A stretch of DNA of 64,000 nucleotides from an uncultured Leptolinea sp. (GTDB lineage Bacteria; Chloroflexota; Anaerolineae; Anaerolineales; Anaerolineaceae), in contig CAYQUX010000019.1 of assembly GCA_964420995.1 (NCBI GenBank), positions 16,323 through 80,322 of the forward strand. Reading direction: 5' to 3'. Each line of letters begins with the position of its first letter. The first letter of the stretch is position 1. The notes below the pieces were generated by a model. The model did not search any database. It was not told the DNA's origin and saw only the letters and a program-made list of their open reading frames with translations. Positions 44,861-54,376 of the stretch are shown here, piece after piece. A program made the position numbers and the translations under genes.

Positions 44861-47016
44861 AGACAGAAGAACGCGCCCGGCTCGAAGCAGAAGAACACGA
44901 GCGGAGGGTAGAGGCAGAAAAAGCCCGCCGTGAGGAAGAAGAGCGTGTTCGCCTGGCCGCGGAAAAGAAAGCGCGTTTGGAAGCGGAAGAACGCGCGCGG
45001 CGGGAAGCGGCAGAGAAAGTCCGTCGTGAGGAAGAGGAGCGAATTCGTCTGCAGAGGGTGGAAAAAATCCGGCTGGAGACGGAAGCCCGGGAAAAACGTG
45101 AAGCAGAGAAAGAACGCGTCCGGCTTGAAGCACTGGAGAAATCGCGCAAGGAAGCGGAAGAACGCGCCAAACGTGAAGCAGAGATCAACGCAGAAAAAGA
45201 ACGCGTCCGGCTTGCCGCGCTTGAGAAAACGCGTAAAGAAGCAGAGGAACGCGCCCGCCAGGAAGCCGAGGAAAAAACCCGGTTGGACGAACAGATCCGT
45301 GAGCTGGAAAAACAGGGCACGGAAGCCTGTGAAACCGGTAATTGGGAAACCGCGCGGCAAACCATCAAATCTTTGAAGAGACTCGGAAAAGACGGCCATG
45401 CCGCGGCTGCCCGGATTAAACCCCTGATCAAAGATACCCGAGAGCCAATCTGGAAGAAATATGGCTGGGCGTTTGGATTATTTGTGGTTTTTACGGTTGG
45501 TGCGATCCTCTGGCTGATGGGATTATTCCCAACCGGAAGTCAACCCATCACCACCGCGACCGGTGCGGTGGTATCGAGTGGCGGAACACAGTCTGCCACA
45601 GCTGGACGTGTGGCCAGTGCCACAGCCCCGGTTTTGCCGACGTTCCCGGCAGATTTTACGGCCACAGCCGCCATGTCAAAGATGCCGGCGGGATTCAGCG
45701 GCACGTTGATCGAATACACAACCCAATCCGGTGATACGCTGGAAAGTATTGCCGCCAAATTTGCGGAAGACGCGGATTTGATCGCAAAGATCAATAACCT
45801 GTCTGGCGCGATCAGTGCCGGGCAAAAAATACTGGTTCCTTTACCGGTTTCGATCACCCCGGTTGCTGCAGGGGTGACCAGTACACCAATTTTTACAGAA
45901 GTACCAACTATGGGTATTCCTGACGGGGCAGGTAATACCCCGAATAATGAACCGTTACCAACAGTGGGTATTCCAACAGAGGTCAGCAATAAACCCATGC
46001 CTCCCAATGGAACCAAAATTGGGCTCTCCTTTGGCGATCTCCAGTCGCAACGCTGGAAGGATGTGGATTCCCAACTCAAGGAACTATTTGCGGGTAAAGG
46101 TTATGAAGTCATCTCCATGGAAGCTAATTACGACACCAAAATGCAGGAATACCAGATCGAAACCATGGTTTCCCAGGGCATCAAAGGCTTGATCGTCATC
46201 GCTGAAGACGGCGACGCTGCTGTGACCGCTGTTGAGAAAGCTGCTGAAGCCGGTGTCAAGGTGCTGGCTTACGACCGGGTGATTCAAACAGCGAGAGTTT
46301 CTGCCTACCTCGGTTTTGATCAGATCCAGATTGGATACCTTCAGGCAACAGCCATATTAAATGAGTTGAATATTGACAGCGGAAAATGGTCTGCGTCAAA
46401 TCCGGCAAAAATCGTTCTGCTGGGTGGAAGTCCCACAGATCCTGCGGCACAACGTTTTCGTCAGGGTCAATCCAATGCATTGGATAAATATTATAAATCG
46501 GGTGTAGTAAAAATTGTTCAGGACCAATGGGTGGAAAACTGGGATCCTGCTAAAGCGCAAAACCTGATGGAGACTGTTATTGTTGCCACCGCCGGGAAGT
46601 TCGACGGGGTGATCGCGTCAAATGATGGTACAGCTCTGGGTGCGGTTCAAGCCATGAAAGCTGCCAAAATATCAGTACCAATCAGCGGGCAAGACGCCAC
46701 GGCGGATGGATGTAATTCCATTCTCAAGGGTGAATTAACAGCAACCATTCTCAAAGACGTTCGCCTGATGCCGGTAAAAGCATATGAAATTATGGAGACT
46801 TTACTGACAGGTGGGAGCAATAAAGACCTGAAGAATTATCCGCTGTCCAAATTGACCAGCCAGGAAAACCTGACGGGAGAAATTCCGGTATTGTTTATCC
46901 CTCCTGTGACAATCACCAAAGACAATATCTATGATGCCATTGTGAAAAGTGAATGGCAGTATTACGATGACGTGTACCGGGATATCCCTGACAATCTTCG
47001 TCCCCCGAAGCCATAA
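43984..47016 (+). CDS. Ser/Thr kinase – E/R-rich repeat coiled coil – TM – LysM – PBP1 sugar-binding sensor domain
   Basis: GTG start. The kinase domain is nearly identical to those at 47034 and 50889. LysM motif YTTQSGDTLESIAAKFAEDADLIAKINNL...GQKILVP. The C-terminal PBP1 domain is homologous to that of 38031 and to the binding protein at 1696. Confidence 0.85.
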   Translation: MGRFAENDIILKNYRIEKSIGQGAFGEVYLATHLGLNGKRAVKVLLRDEIGMGSSDYDEYRNRFRQESQLMEWFKHPNVVTVYDFQEEDGVLFLVMEYATGGNLQKKLEIARRENERFTVDEVVRVGIDIAEGLSALHAKDVVHRDLKPSNILFDVDGRAKVADLGLAQVPGGASMRSQLSIPKPHPGTPAYMSPEQEIAGSYLRPASDVYALGLILFEMLAGRSYKNIRPGTLIKSLAPGVPDWFDELLRRMLAESPKDRPWDGAEAVNELRTGLAAGDEKMREAREKARLETEERARLEAEEHERRVEAEKARREEEERVRLAAEKKARLEAEERARREAAEKVRREEEERIRLQRVEKIRLETEAREKREAEKERVRLEALEKSRKEAEERAKREAEINAEKERVRLAALEKTRKEAEERARQEAEEKTRLDEQIRELEKQGTEACETGNWETARQTIKSLKRLGKDGHAAAARIKPLIKDTREPIWKKYGWAFGLFVVFTVGAILWLMGLFPTGSQPITTATGAVVSSGGTQSATAGRVASATAPVLPTFPADFTATAAMSKMPAGFSGTLIEYTTQSGDTLESIAAKFAEDADLIAKINNLSGAISAGQKILVPLPVSITPVAAGVTSTPIFTEVPTMGIPDGAGNTPNNEPLPTVGIPTEVSNKPMPPNGTKIGLSFGDLQSQRWKDVDSQLKELFAGKGYEVISMEANYDTKMQEYQIETMVSQGIKGLIVIAEDGDAAVTAVEKAAEAGVKVLAYDRVIQTARVSAYLGFDQIQIGYLQATAILNELNIDSGKWSASNPAKIVLLGGSPTDPAAQRFRQGQSNALDKYYKSGVVKIVQDQWVENWDPAKAQNLMETVIVATAGKFDGVIASNDGTALGAVQAMKAAKISVPISGQDATADGCNSILKGELTATILKDVRLMPVKAYEIMETLLTGGSNKDLKNYPLSKLTSQENLTGEIPVLFIPPVTITKDNIYDAIVKSEWQYYDDVYRDIPDNLRPPKP
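44830..45300 (+). repeat. Low-complexity in-frame GAA/GCG/CGC-rich tandem repeats encoding an (E-E-R-A-R-L-E-A) coiled-coil linker
   Basis: Periodic EERARLEAEE / EAEERARREAAEK units. Similar shorter tracts occur at ~47880-48170 and ~51730-52010. Confidence 0.6.
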
Positions 47017-47033
47017 CAGATGAGAATCCTACT

Positions 47034-49721
47034 ATGAGCCGATTCACTGAAAATGACATTGTTCTGAAAAACTACCGCATCGAGAAAAGCATCGGTCAGG
47101 GTGCGTTTGGCGAGGTGTACCTGGCAACCCACCTCGGATTGAATGGGAAACGTGCAATCAAGGTGTTGTTGCGCGACGAGCTCGGCATGGGCAGTTCGGA
47201 CTATGACGAGTACCGCAACCGCTTCCGTCAGGAATCGCAGTTGATGGAGTGGTTCAAGCACCCCAATGTTGTCACCGTCTACGATTTTCAGGAGGAAGAT
47301 GGCGTTCTCTTCCTGGTGATGGAATACGCGACGGGCGGCAACCTGCAGAAAAAGTTGGAAATCGCGCGGCGTGAGAATGAGCGCTTTACGGTCGATGAAG
47401 TCGTGCGCGTGGGGATAGACATAGCCGAAGGACTGTCCGCGCTGCATGCCAAGGATGTGGTCCACCGCGACCTGAAACCGTCGAACATCCTGTTTGACGC
47501 GCAAGGCCGCGCCAAGGTGGCTGACCTGGGGCTGGCGCAGATACCGGGCGGGGCGAGCATGCGCTCGCAGTTGAGCATTCCCAAACCGCACCCCGGTACA
47601 CCGGCGTACATGAGCCCCGAGCAGGAGCTTGCCGGTTCCTACCTGCGGCCGTCATCCGATGTGTACGCGCTGGGTCTGGTGCTATTTGAATTGTTGACCG
47701 GACGGAGCTATAAGAATTTGAGACCGGGCACCCGGTTGAATGCACTGGTACCTTCATCACCAGATTGGCTGGACGATCAACTGGCCAGAATGCTGGCGAA
47801 AGAAGCCGATAATCGCCCATGGGATGGCGCGGAAACAGTTCAGGAACTGCGCAAAGGTTTGAAACTGGGTGATCTACAGATGCGAGAAGCGCGAGAAATA
47901 GCCCGGCAGGAAGAAGAGGAACGCGCCCAAATCGAATCTATGGAGAAAGCCCATCGGGAAGAAGAAGAACGCGACCGGCTGGCGGAACAAGAGAAAGCGC
48001 GCCTTGAAACAGAAGAACGTGCGAGGCGGGAAGAGGCAGAAAAAATACGCCATGAGGAAGAAGAACGGATCCGATTGGCGAATATGGAAAAGACCCGGCT
48101 GGAGTTGGAGGAACGCGCAAGAAAGCTGGCCGAAGCGAAATCAATCAGGGAACGAGAAATCAAGGACCTGGAAGAACAGGTTCGGATCGCTATTATTGCG
48201 GATGATAAAACTCAGGCAGAAAAAGCGCTGGTTGCTCTACGGAAATTGGGAGATGAGGGGCGAGCAATTGCCAGAAACCTGAGTTCGGAATATGGAACAA
48301 AAAACAATACTTCGAAAAAATATTGGTTGATAGGCTCGCTTTGCCTGTTTTTACTTGTATTGATAGGCATATTTTGGATCAATGCTAAGCCATCCGATTC
48401 ATTGGGCACATCAATGATTGTTGGTACACTTCAAAATTCACCAACACCAGTGACTAGTGTCCCAACAGAATTTCATGAGAGCAAAGTTTCATCCAGTCTT
48501 GAATTAGCTTTTTCTGGAAAATTCAAAGGTAGTACTGTTACTATTGCCGGTCCTTTTAGCGACAATGATGCCGTCAAATTTGATGAATCCCTCAAAAGTT
48601 TCGAAGATAAAACCGGAATTGACATTCAATACTTCGGTTCAAAAGATTTCGAAGCCTCCATCGGTAGTGCCATTGAAGGCAACAATCCCCCCGATATCGT
48701 CGATTTCCCTCAGCCGGGCCTCCTATCTTATTTCGCCCAGAAGGGCAAAGTCATTGACCTGGCCAATTTCATGGACATGAAGAAACTGCAAGCCAATTAC
48801 ATCCAGTCCTGGATCGATATGGGAACCATGGAAGGACCCAAGGGTCCGATTCTGGCTGGTATCTGGGGCCGAGTAAATGGCAAGAGCATTGTCTGGTATC
48901 CCAAAAAGGCCTTCGACGAAGCCGGTTATAACGTTCCGAAGACCTGGGACGAATTGATGAAATTGACCGATAAGATCAAGGCTGATGGCGATACCCCTTG
49001 GTGTGTCGGAATTGAATCCGGCGCAGCCACTGGTTGGGTTATGACAGATTGGATCGAGGAATTACTGTTACGCACCACCAGTCTGGAAAATTATGACAAA
49101 TGGGTGAAAGGTGAATTGAAATTCTCCTCCCCTGAAGTCAAGAATGCCGTCCAGAAAGTCTCTGACCTTTGGTTCACAGAAGGCAACGTTTACGGCGGCC
49201 GCAAATCCATTGCCACAACCGCATTTGGTGATACCCCCAAACCCATGTTCGAAAATCCTCCAAAGTGCTGGCTGCATAAACAAGGCAACTTTATTACAGC
49301 TTTCTTCCCAAATGAAGCCAAAGCCGGTGTGGATTTTGACTTCTTCTATCTGCCCGGAATCGATGAAAAATACGGGAAACCCGTTCTGGTGGCCGGCGAT
49401 ATCTATGCCATGTTCAATGACCGCCCTGAAGTTCGTGCCGTCATGGAATACTTCTCAACCGGTGCTTCTGTGGAAGGATGGGTGAAAGCCGGTGGTGCCA
49501 TTTCTCCGCACAAAGATTCCAAACTGGAATGGTACACCAATGATGTTGACCGTGGCATTGCCAAGATGATCCAAGATGCCACCTCTGTCCGTTTCGATGG
49601 CTCTGACCAAATGCCGGGTGCTGTAGGTGCTGGTTCATTTTGGAGAGAGATGACCTCCTATGTCAGCGGAAGCATTAATATGGATACTGCGGTTAAGAAA
49701 ATTGATGAGTCATGGCCGTAA
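47034..49721 (+). CDS. Ser/Thr kinase – coiled coil – TM – extracellular solute-binding protein family 1 (CUT1 sugar binding protein-like) domain
   Basis: ATG start 17 bp after the preceding kinase. The C-terminal 430 aa look like SBP_bac_1 (…DTPWCVGIESGAATGWVMTDWIEELLL…). Confidence 0.85.
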   Translation: MSRFTENDIVLKNYRIEKSIGQGAFGEVYLATHLGLNGKRAIKVLLRDELGMGSSDYDEYRNRFRQESQLMEWFKHPNVVTVYDFQEEDGVLFLVMEYATGGNLQKKLEIARRENERFTVDEVVRVGIDIAEGLSALHAKDVVHRDLKPSNILFDAQGRAKVADLGLAQIPGGASMRSQLSIPKPHPGTPAYMSPEQELAGSYLRPSSDVYALGLVLFELLTGRSYKNLRPGTRLNALVPSSPDWLDDQLARMLAKEADNRPWDGAETVQELRKGLKLGDLQMREAREIARQEEEERAQIESMEKAHREEEERDRLAEQEKARLETEERARREEAEKIRHEEEERIRLANMEKTRLELEERARKLAEAKSIREREIKDLEEQVRIAIIADDKTQAEKALVALRKLGDEGRAIARNLSSEYGTKNNTSKKYWLIGSLCLFLLVLIGIFWINAKPSDSLGTSMIVGTLQNSPTPVTSVPTEFHESKVSSSLELAFSGKFKGSTVTIAGPFSDNDAVKFDESLKSFEDKTGIDIQYFGSKDFEASIGSAIEGNNPPDIVDFPQPGLLSYFAQKGKVIDLANFMDMKKLQANYIQSWIDMGTMEGPKGPILAGIWGRVNGKSIVWYPKKAFDEAGYNVPKTWDELMKLTDKIKADGDTPWCVGIESGAATGWVMTDWIEELLLRTTSLENYDKWVKGELKFSSPEVKNAVQKVSDLWFTEGNVYGGRKSIATTAFGDTPKPMFENPPKCWLHKQGNFITAFFPNEAKAGVDFDFFYLPGIDEKYGKPVLVAGDIYAMFNDRPEVRAVMEYFSTGASVEGWVKAGGAISPHKDSKLEWYTNDVDRGIAKMIQDATSVRFDGSDQMPGAVGAGSFWREMTSYVSGSINMDTAVKKIDESWP

Positions 49722-49899
49722 AACTTTAGCTTATTGCCATCCATTAATACTACCTTTTTAAGTATTTATGATAATTATCATTGAATAATGTCATAATAAA
49801 AGGGAACCATATCGAAAAAAAGATTAGCATGCGGTGTTTGACGATATGTAGATGATCGAAATAGTCACCAGATGTTAAGAATTTTCCCTTTACTTGAAC

Positions 49900-50706
49900 C
49901 TAGGAAATGAGCTTCAAGTATTTCAAGATACTCACTGAGATCTTCTGCGCCTCAATCCCATTGGCGAATCCATCCGGATTGCTGGTCTCAAGGTTGGTAG
50001 CAAAGAAATAAACGTTGTCCTTCGTTTCCAGCCAGCCTACAAACCAACCCTGGTATTTATCTACCCTGACCACTGATCCGGTTTTTCCGCGCAGGGTGTA
50101 GGTATCCGTCTTTTCCTGGATGATCAGGTCTTTTACAATGGTCATGCTGCGTTCTGAGAAGGGCAGTTTACCCGTATACAATCGTTTCAGGAATTCAACC
50201 TGCTGATCGGCGGAAATTCGCAGACTGCCGTCCAACCAGAAGGAATCCAGGTTTCCAGAAATATCTTTATTCCCATAACCGACCGCATCCACATAATGCT
50301 GGATATTCTCTTTTCCCACCCGGCGGGCCAGTTCCTGAAAATACCAGACCACTGAATATTGAACGGCACTCTTCAGGGTATGATCCCGATTCCATTCGGG
50401 CACCTGGTAGTGCGTGCCATCCCATTGGATCACATAATTTTCGTCAGGGATCACCCCGGTTTCCAGGCCAATCATGGCATTCATGATCTTGAAAGTGGAG
50501 GCAGGCAGAAATCCTTCCGCGCAGCGTTCAGGGTTGTAGCGGATGTAATGGTTGGCCTTTTGATCGAAGAGGACAAAAGCGCTGTCCCGGCCATGAAAAA
50601 ATGTGCCCAGATCGGACCGGATTTCAGAAGTAGGTTCAACTGCTGTCCGAATGCAAGCACTTGTGGAAACTAAAATTATTAGGAGTATTTGAAAGTAAGG
50701 TTTCAT
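49900..50706 (-). CDS. Class D (OXA-type) β-lactamase with signal peptide
   Basis: All class D motifs are present: STFK (PASTFKI), SxV (SAV), YGN (GYGNKD), KTG (RGKTGS), WxxG (WFVGWLE). It is about 268 aa with an N-terminal signal, and has AT-rich flanks. Confidence 0.8.
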   Translation of the reverse strand: MKPYFQILLIILVSTSACIRTAVEPTSEIRSDLGTFFHGRDSAFVLFDQKANHYIRYNPERCAEGFLPASTFKIMNAMIGLETGVIPDENYVIQWDGTHYQVPEWNRDHTLKSAVQYSVVWYFQELARRVGKENIQHYVDAVGYGNKDISGNLDSFWLDGSLRISADQQVEFLKRLYTGKLPFSERSMTIVKDLIIQEKTDTYTLRGKTGSVVRVDKYQGWFVGWLETKDNVYFFATNLETSNPDGFANGIEAQKISVSILKYLKLIS

Positions 50707-50888
50707 TTTTCCCCAGTGTAATACTATCGATCATTCCACCGGAGTATACTGCCATTGAATAAAATAAAGAAAAACTGATTATGGCAGACCAATTAGTGTC
50801 TGAATATGATGATAAATTATTCAAAAAAATTTCCATATAACCATGATAAAATTATTATTATTAAATTCATCCCGGTAGGGAGCTTCTT

Positions 50889-53800
50889 GTGGGGCGATTC
50901 GCTGAAAATGACATTGTTCTAAAAAACTACCGGATCGATAAAAGTATAGGCACGGGCGCTTTTGGCGAGGTGTACCTGGCAACGCACCTGGAGTTGATTG
51001 GCAAGCGCGCCATCAAGGTGCTGCTGCGCGATGAGATCGGTATGGGCAGCTCGGATTATGACGAGTATCGCAACCGCTTCCGTCAGGAATCGCAGTTGAT
51101 GGAGTGGTTCAAGCACCCCAATGTGGTCACCGTCTATGATTTTCAGGAAGAAAACAACATCCTCTTCCTGGTGATGGAATACGCGGCAGGTGGAAATTTA
51201 CAGAAAAAGTTGGAAACCGCGCGACGTGAGAATGAGCGCTTTACGATTGATGAAGTGGTTCGTTTGGGGATTGACATCGCGGAAGGACTGTCCGCGCTGC
51301 ATGACAAAGATGTGATCCACCGCGACCTGAAGCCGTCAAACATATTGTTTGACGCGGAAGGGCATGCCAAGGTGGCTGACCTGGGGCTGGCGCAGATACC
51401 GGGTGGGGCGAGTATGCGCTCGCAATTGAGCATTCCCAAACCGCATCCGGGCACACCGGCCTACATGAGCCCCGAGCAGGAAACTGCCGGTTCATACCTG
51501 CGGCCATCATCGGATGTGTACGCGCTGGGTCTGGTGCTGTTTGAATTGCTGACTGGACGGAGTTATAAGAATTTGAGGCCGGGCACCCGGTTGAAAGCAT
51601 TGGTACCTTCATCACCAGATTGGCTGGACGATCAACTGGCCAGGATGTTGGCGAAAGAAGCCGATGATCGCCCATGGGACGGTTCAGAGGTTGCTAGTGA
51701 ATTGCGCGCCGGGCTGGAACTCGGTGATAAACAGGTACGGGAAGCGCGAGAAAAAGCCCGTCAGGAAGAAGATGAACGCGCCCGGATCGAAGCTCTGGAG
51801 AAAGTCCACCGTGAAGAGGAAGAACGAGCCCGATTGGCCGCGGATGAAAAAGTGCGCCTGGAAACAGAAGAACACACCCGTCGCGAGGCTGAAGAGAAGA
51901 TCAAGCGAGAGGAAGAAGAGCGCATCCGATTGGTGAATTTGGAAAAGACCCGGCTGGAGATGGAGGAACGCGCAAGAAAGCAGGCCGAAGCGAAATTTAT
52001 CAGGGAACGAGAAATCAAGGACCTGGAAGAACAGGTTCGGAATGCTATCCAAGTTGGAGATAAAACTCAGGCAGAAAAAGCACTGGCTAGTCTACGGAAA
52101 ATGGGAGATGAGGGGCAGGCAATTGCCAGAAACCTGAGTTTGGAATATGGAACCAAGAACAATACCTGGAAGAAATACTGGTGGGTAATTGTCGCTGGGA
52201 TTATCACCCTGGCGGTCATTATGATCATTTATTCGGGTAGTTTGGTGAATAACTCAAATGACGCAATGAAAGATGTGACTGATACTCCGGTCGAGAATAC
52301 GATACAAGCCACTTCTCCCAACCTTGCGACTTCAGTCGCGTCGGTTTCAAAAGCAACTGTGAAGAACCCTGACACCATCACCTTCATCACCGGTGCAGGT
52401 GAACCTGAGACTCTTGATCCCGCCTGGACCTATGAAACCGCAGGTTCCACAGTCGAATTGAATATATATGAAGGCTTGACCTTTTTCAAACGTGAAAAGA
52501 CGGATGAATTTATCCCGGCTTTGGCGACCGATTGGAAAACCAGCAAAGATGGCCTGACCTGGACTTTCAATATACGCAGGGATGTAAAATTCCACGCTGG
52601 CGGAACACTTGAACCCCATGATGTTGCCTACACTGCCCAGCGCGCGTTTCTTCAGGGCCGCACCGATGGCTGGCAGTGGATTCTCTACGAAGCCTTCTTT
52701 GGTCCGGATATGGCCATGGCAGGTATCAAAGATTTTGCTGTGGAATACATCAAACCAGCCAATGCGAGTGAAGCTCCGAAATTTGAAGATCTGAAAGCCG
52801 AAAGTTTGGTAAAAGTCTGCGAAGATATCAAGACCAGGATCGTGGCTGATGACGCCGCCGGTACTGTAACCTACAAATTCAACCAACCCGTTCCCTGGCT
52901 GCTCGCTCTGACATCACAGCAATACTTGGGTGGGATCCTTGATCAGGAATGGATGGCGAAAAATGGCGATTGGGATGGGGATTGCGCCACCTGGACTAAG
53001 TTAGCCGATCCAGCTGCCGAGAAAACCATTCTTTTCAATAAAGCCAACGGTACCGGTCCCTACAAACTGGATCACTGGACTCCCGGGGGCGAGATAGTTA
53101 TGACCGCCAATGAGAATTACTGGCGCAAAGAACCCATGTGGGAAGGCGGTCCCAGCGGTATAGCCAGCATCAAACGTGTTGTAATAAAGAATATTGACGA
53201 ATGGAATACCCGACTCTCCATGCTTAAATCCGGCGAGGCGGATGAGATATACACTCCCCCTCAGTACCGCAAAGAACTCGAACCATTAGCAAGACAGACA
53301 TGTGGAATCGATGAAAAGACCTGCAAAGATGACAAAGCCGATGGATACCTGACCTTCTACCGCAACCTCCCCATTGCTGCCATCACCCCTGCCCAGTTCA
53401 ACTGGCAAATCAATGTTGAGGATAGTAATCCGCATGTGGGTTCCGGAATTCTCGATGGCAAAGGTATTCCTGCCAAATTCTTCAGCGATATCCACATCCG
53501 CAAGGCTTTCTCCGCCTGCTTCAACTATGATGCTTTTATAGAAAGCGCTCTTGACGGGGAAGGCCATCAAGCCCAGGGACCAATTCCCCAGGGTATGATG
53601 GGTTACCTGAAAGATCAAGCTCCTATGAACAAATATGACCCGGTCAAATGCGCGGAAGAATTCAAACTTGCCGATCTTGATGGCGATGGCAAACCTGCCG
53701 GCAATGACAATAATGATGTCTGGAACACTGGCTTCATGATGCAGATCGCCTACAACGAAGGAAATGACACCCGCCGAATAGCATCTGAAATTCTGAAAAC

Positions 53801-54236
53801 TGGTGTGGAAACAGCCAATCCGAAATTCTCAATCCAGGTTCTCTCCATGCCCTGGCCTACTCTGCTTGAAACTCGACGACAGGGAAAGTTGCCTTTATAT
53901 GTTGGTGGTTGGGTGGAAGACTATCATGATCCGCATAATTGGGTAAATCCATTCCTTTACTCACAGGGTGCTTACAGTCGAATAGTTAATATGACAGATA
54001 CTTATAAGAAGAAATATGATGATCTTATTTTCCTGGGCGCAAAAGCGACCGGAAACACAGAGCGTACTCCAATCTATGAACAAATTCAGAAAGAATCACA
54101 GGAAGATGCTGTGGGTATCTGGATGTACCAGCCATTGGAAGGTTATCCCTTCCAGTCCTGGATCAATGGATTTTATTTCAATCCTGCCTACGGAAATCCG
54201 GAATATGGGTGGATTTATTCCTTGTCAAAGGGATAA
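50889..54236 (+). CDS. Ser/Thr kinase – coiled coil – TM – extracellular solute-binding protein family 5 (DppA/OppA-like) domain
   Basis: GTG start. SBP_bac_5 hallmarks (ITFITGAGEPETLDPAWTYETAGSTVELNIYEGL ... TWTFNIRRDVKFHAGG...). Confidence 0.85.
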   Translation: MGRFAENDIVLKNYRIDKSIGTGAFGEVYLATHLELIGKRAIKVLLRDEIGMGSSDYDEYRNRFRQESQLMEWFKHPNVVTVYDFQEENNILFLVMEYAAGGNLQKKLETARRENERFTIDEVVRLGIDIAEGLSALHDKDVIHRDLKPSNILFDAEGHAKVADLGLAQIPGGASMRSQLSIPKPHPGTPAYMSPEQETAGSYLRPSSDVYALGLVLFELLTGRSYKNLRPGTRLKALVPSSPDWLDDQLARMLAKEADDRPWDGSEVASELRAGLELGDKQVREAREKARQEEDERARIEALEKVHREEEERARLAADEKVRLETEEHTRREAEEKIKREEEERIRLVNLEKTRLEMEERARKQAEAKFIREREIKDLEEQVRNAIQVGDKTQAEKALASLRKMGDEGQAIARNLSLEYGTKNNTWKKYWWVIVAGIITLAVIMIIYSGSLVNNSNDAMKDVTDTPVENTIQATSPNLATSVASVSKATVKNPDTITFITGAGEPETLDPAWTYETAGSTVELNIYEGLTFFKREKTDEFIPALATDWKTSKDGLTWTFNIRRDVKFHAGGTLEPHDVAYTAQRAFLQGRTDGWQWILYEAFFGPDMAMAGIKDFAVEYIKPANASEAPKFEDLKAESLVKVCEDIKTRIVADDAAGTVTYKFNQPVPWLLALTSQQYLGGILDQEWMAKNGDWDGDCATWTKLADPAAEKTILFNKANGTGPYKLDHWTPGGEIVMTANENYWRKEPMWEGGPSGIASIKRVVIKNIDEWNTRLSMLKSGEADEIYTPPQYRKELEPLARQTCGIDEKTCKDDKADGYLTFYRNLPIAAITPAQFNWQINVEDSNPHVGSGILDGKGIPAKFFSDIHIRKAFSACFNYDAFIESALDGEGHQAQGPIPQGMMGYLKDQAPMNKYDPVKCAEEFKLADLDGDGKPAGNDNNDVWNTGFMMQIAYNEGNDTRRIASEILKTGVETANPKFSIQVLSMPWPTLLETRRQGKLPLYVGGWVEDYHDPHNWVNPFLYSQGAYSRIVNMTDTYKKKYDDLIFLGAKATGNTERTPIYEQIQKESQEDAVGIWMYQPLEGYPFQSWINGFYFNPAYGNPEYGWIYSLSKG

Positions 54237-54376
54237 ATCTGATCGCTAATTATAGAAAATGTTGTGAGTGAAATCTTCCATTATCATCTCATCCCTTTAA
54301 TCATTTAAACCAAAACGAATATAAAAACATAGGCCGGTTGAAGGGACCAACCAGCCTATTCAATTTATCTTACTAC

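Noticed and set aside
44830-45300. Periodic repeats considered as a possible CRISPR array
   Set aside because: The repeats are imperfect, in-frame and translated as a coiled coil within a continuous 1010-aa kinase ORF. There is no repeat-spacer structure with unique spacers and no cas genes.
44658-45431. 257-aa and 223-aa Ser/Arg/Phe-rich minus-strand ORFs
   Set aside because: Mirror images of the GAA/GCG nucleotide repeats that encode the E/R coiled coil of kinase 43984. They have no start context. Analogous ORFs (47840..48163, 51684..52052) were rejected for the same reason.
43984-51760. Near-identical kinase modules considered as an assembly duplication artefact
   Set aside because: Each copy is followed by a different, full-length sensor domain. 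The copies are not 100% identical (the third is clearly diverged), so they are most likely genuine paralogs. Long-read confirmation is still advisable.
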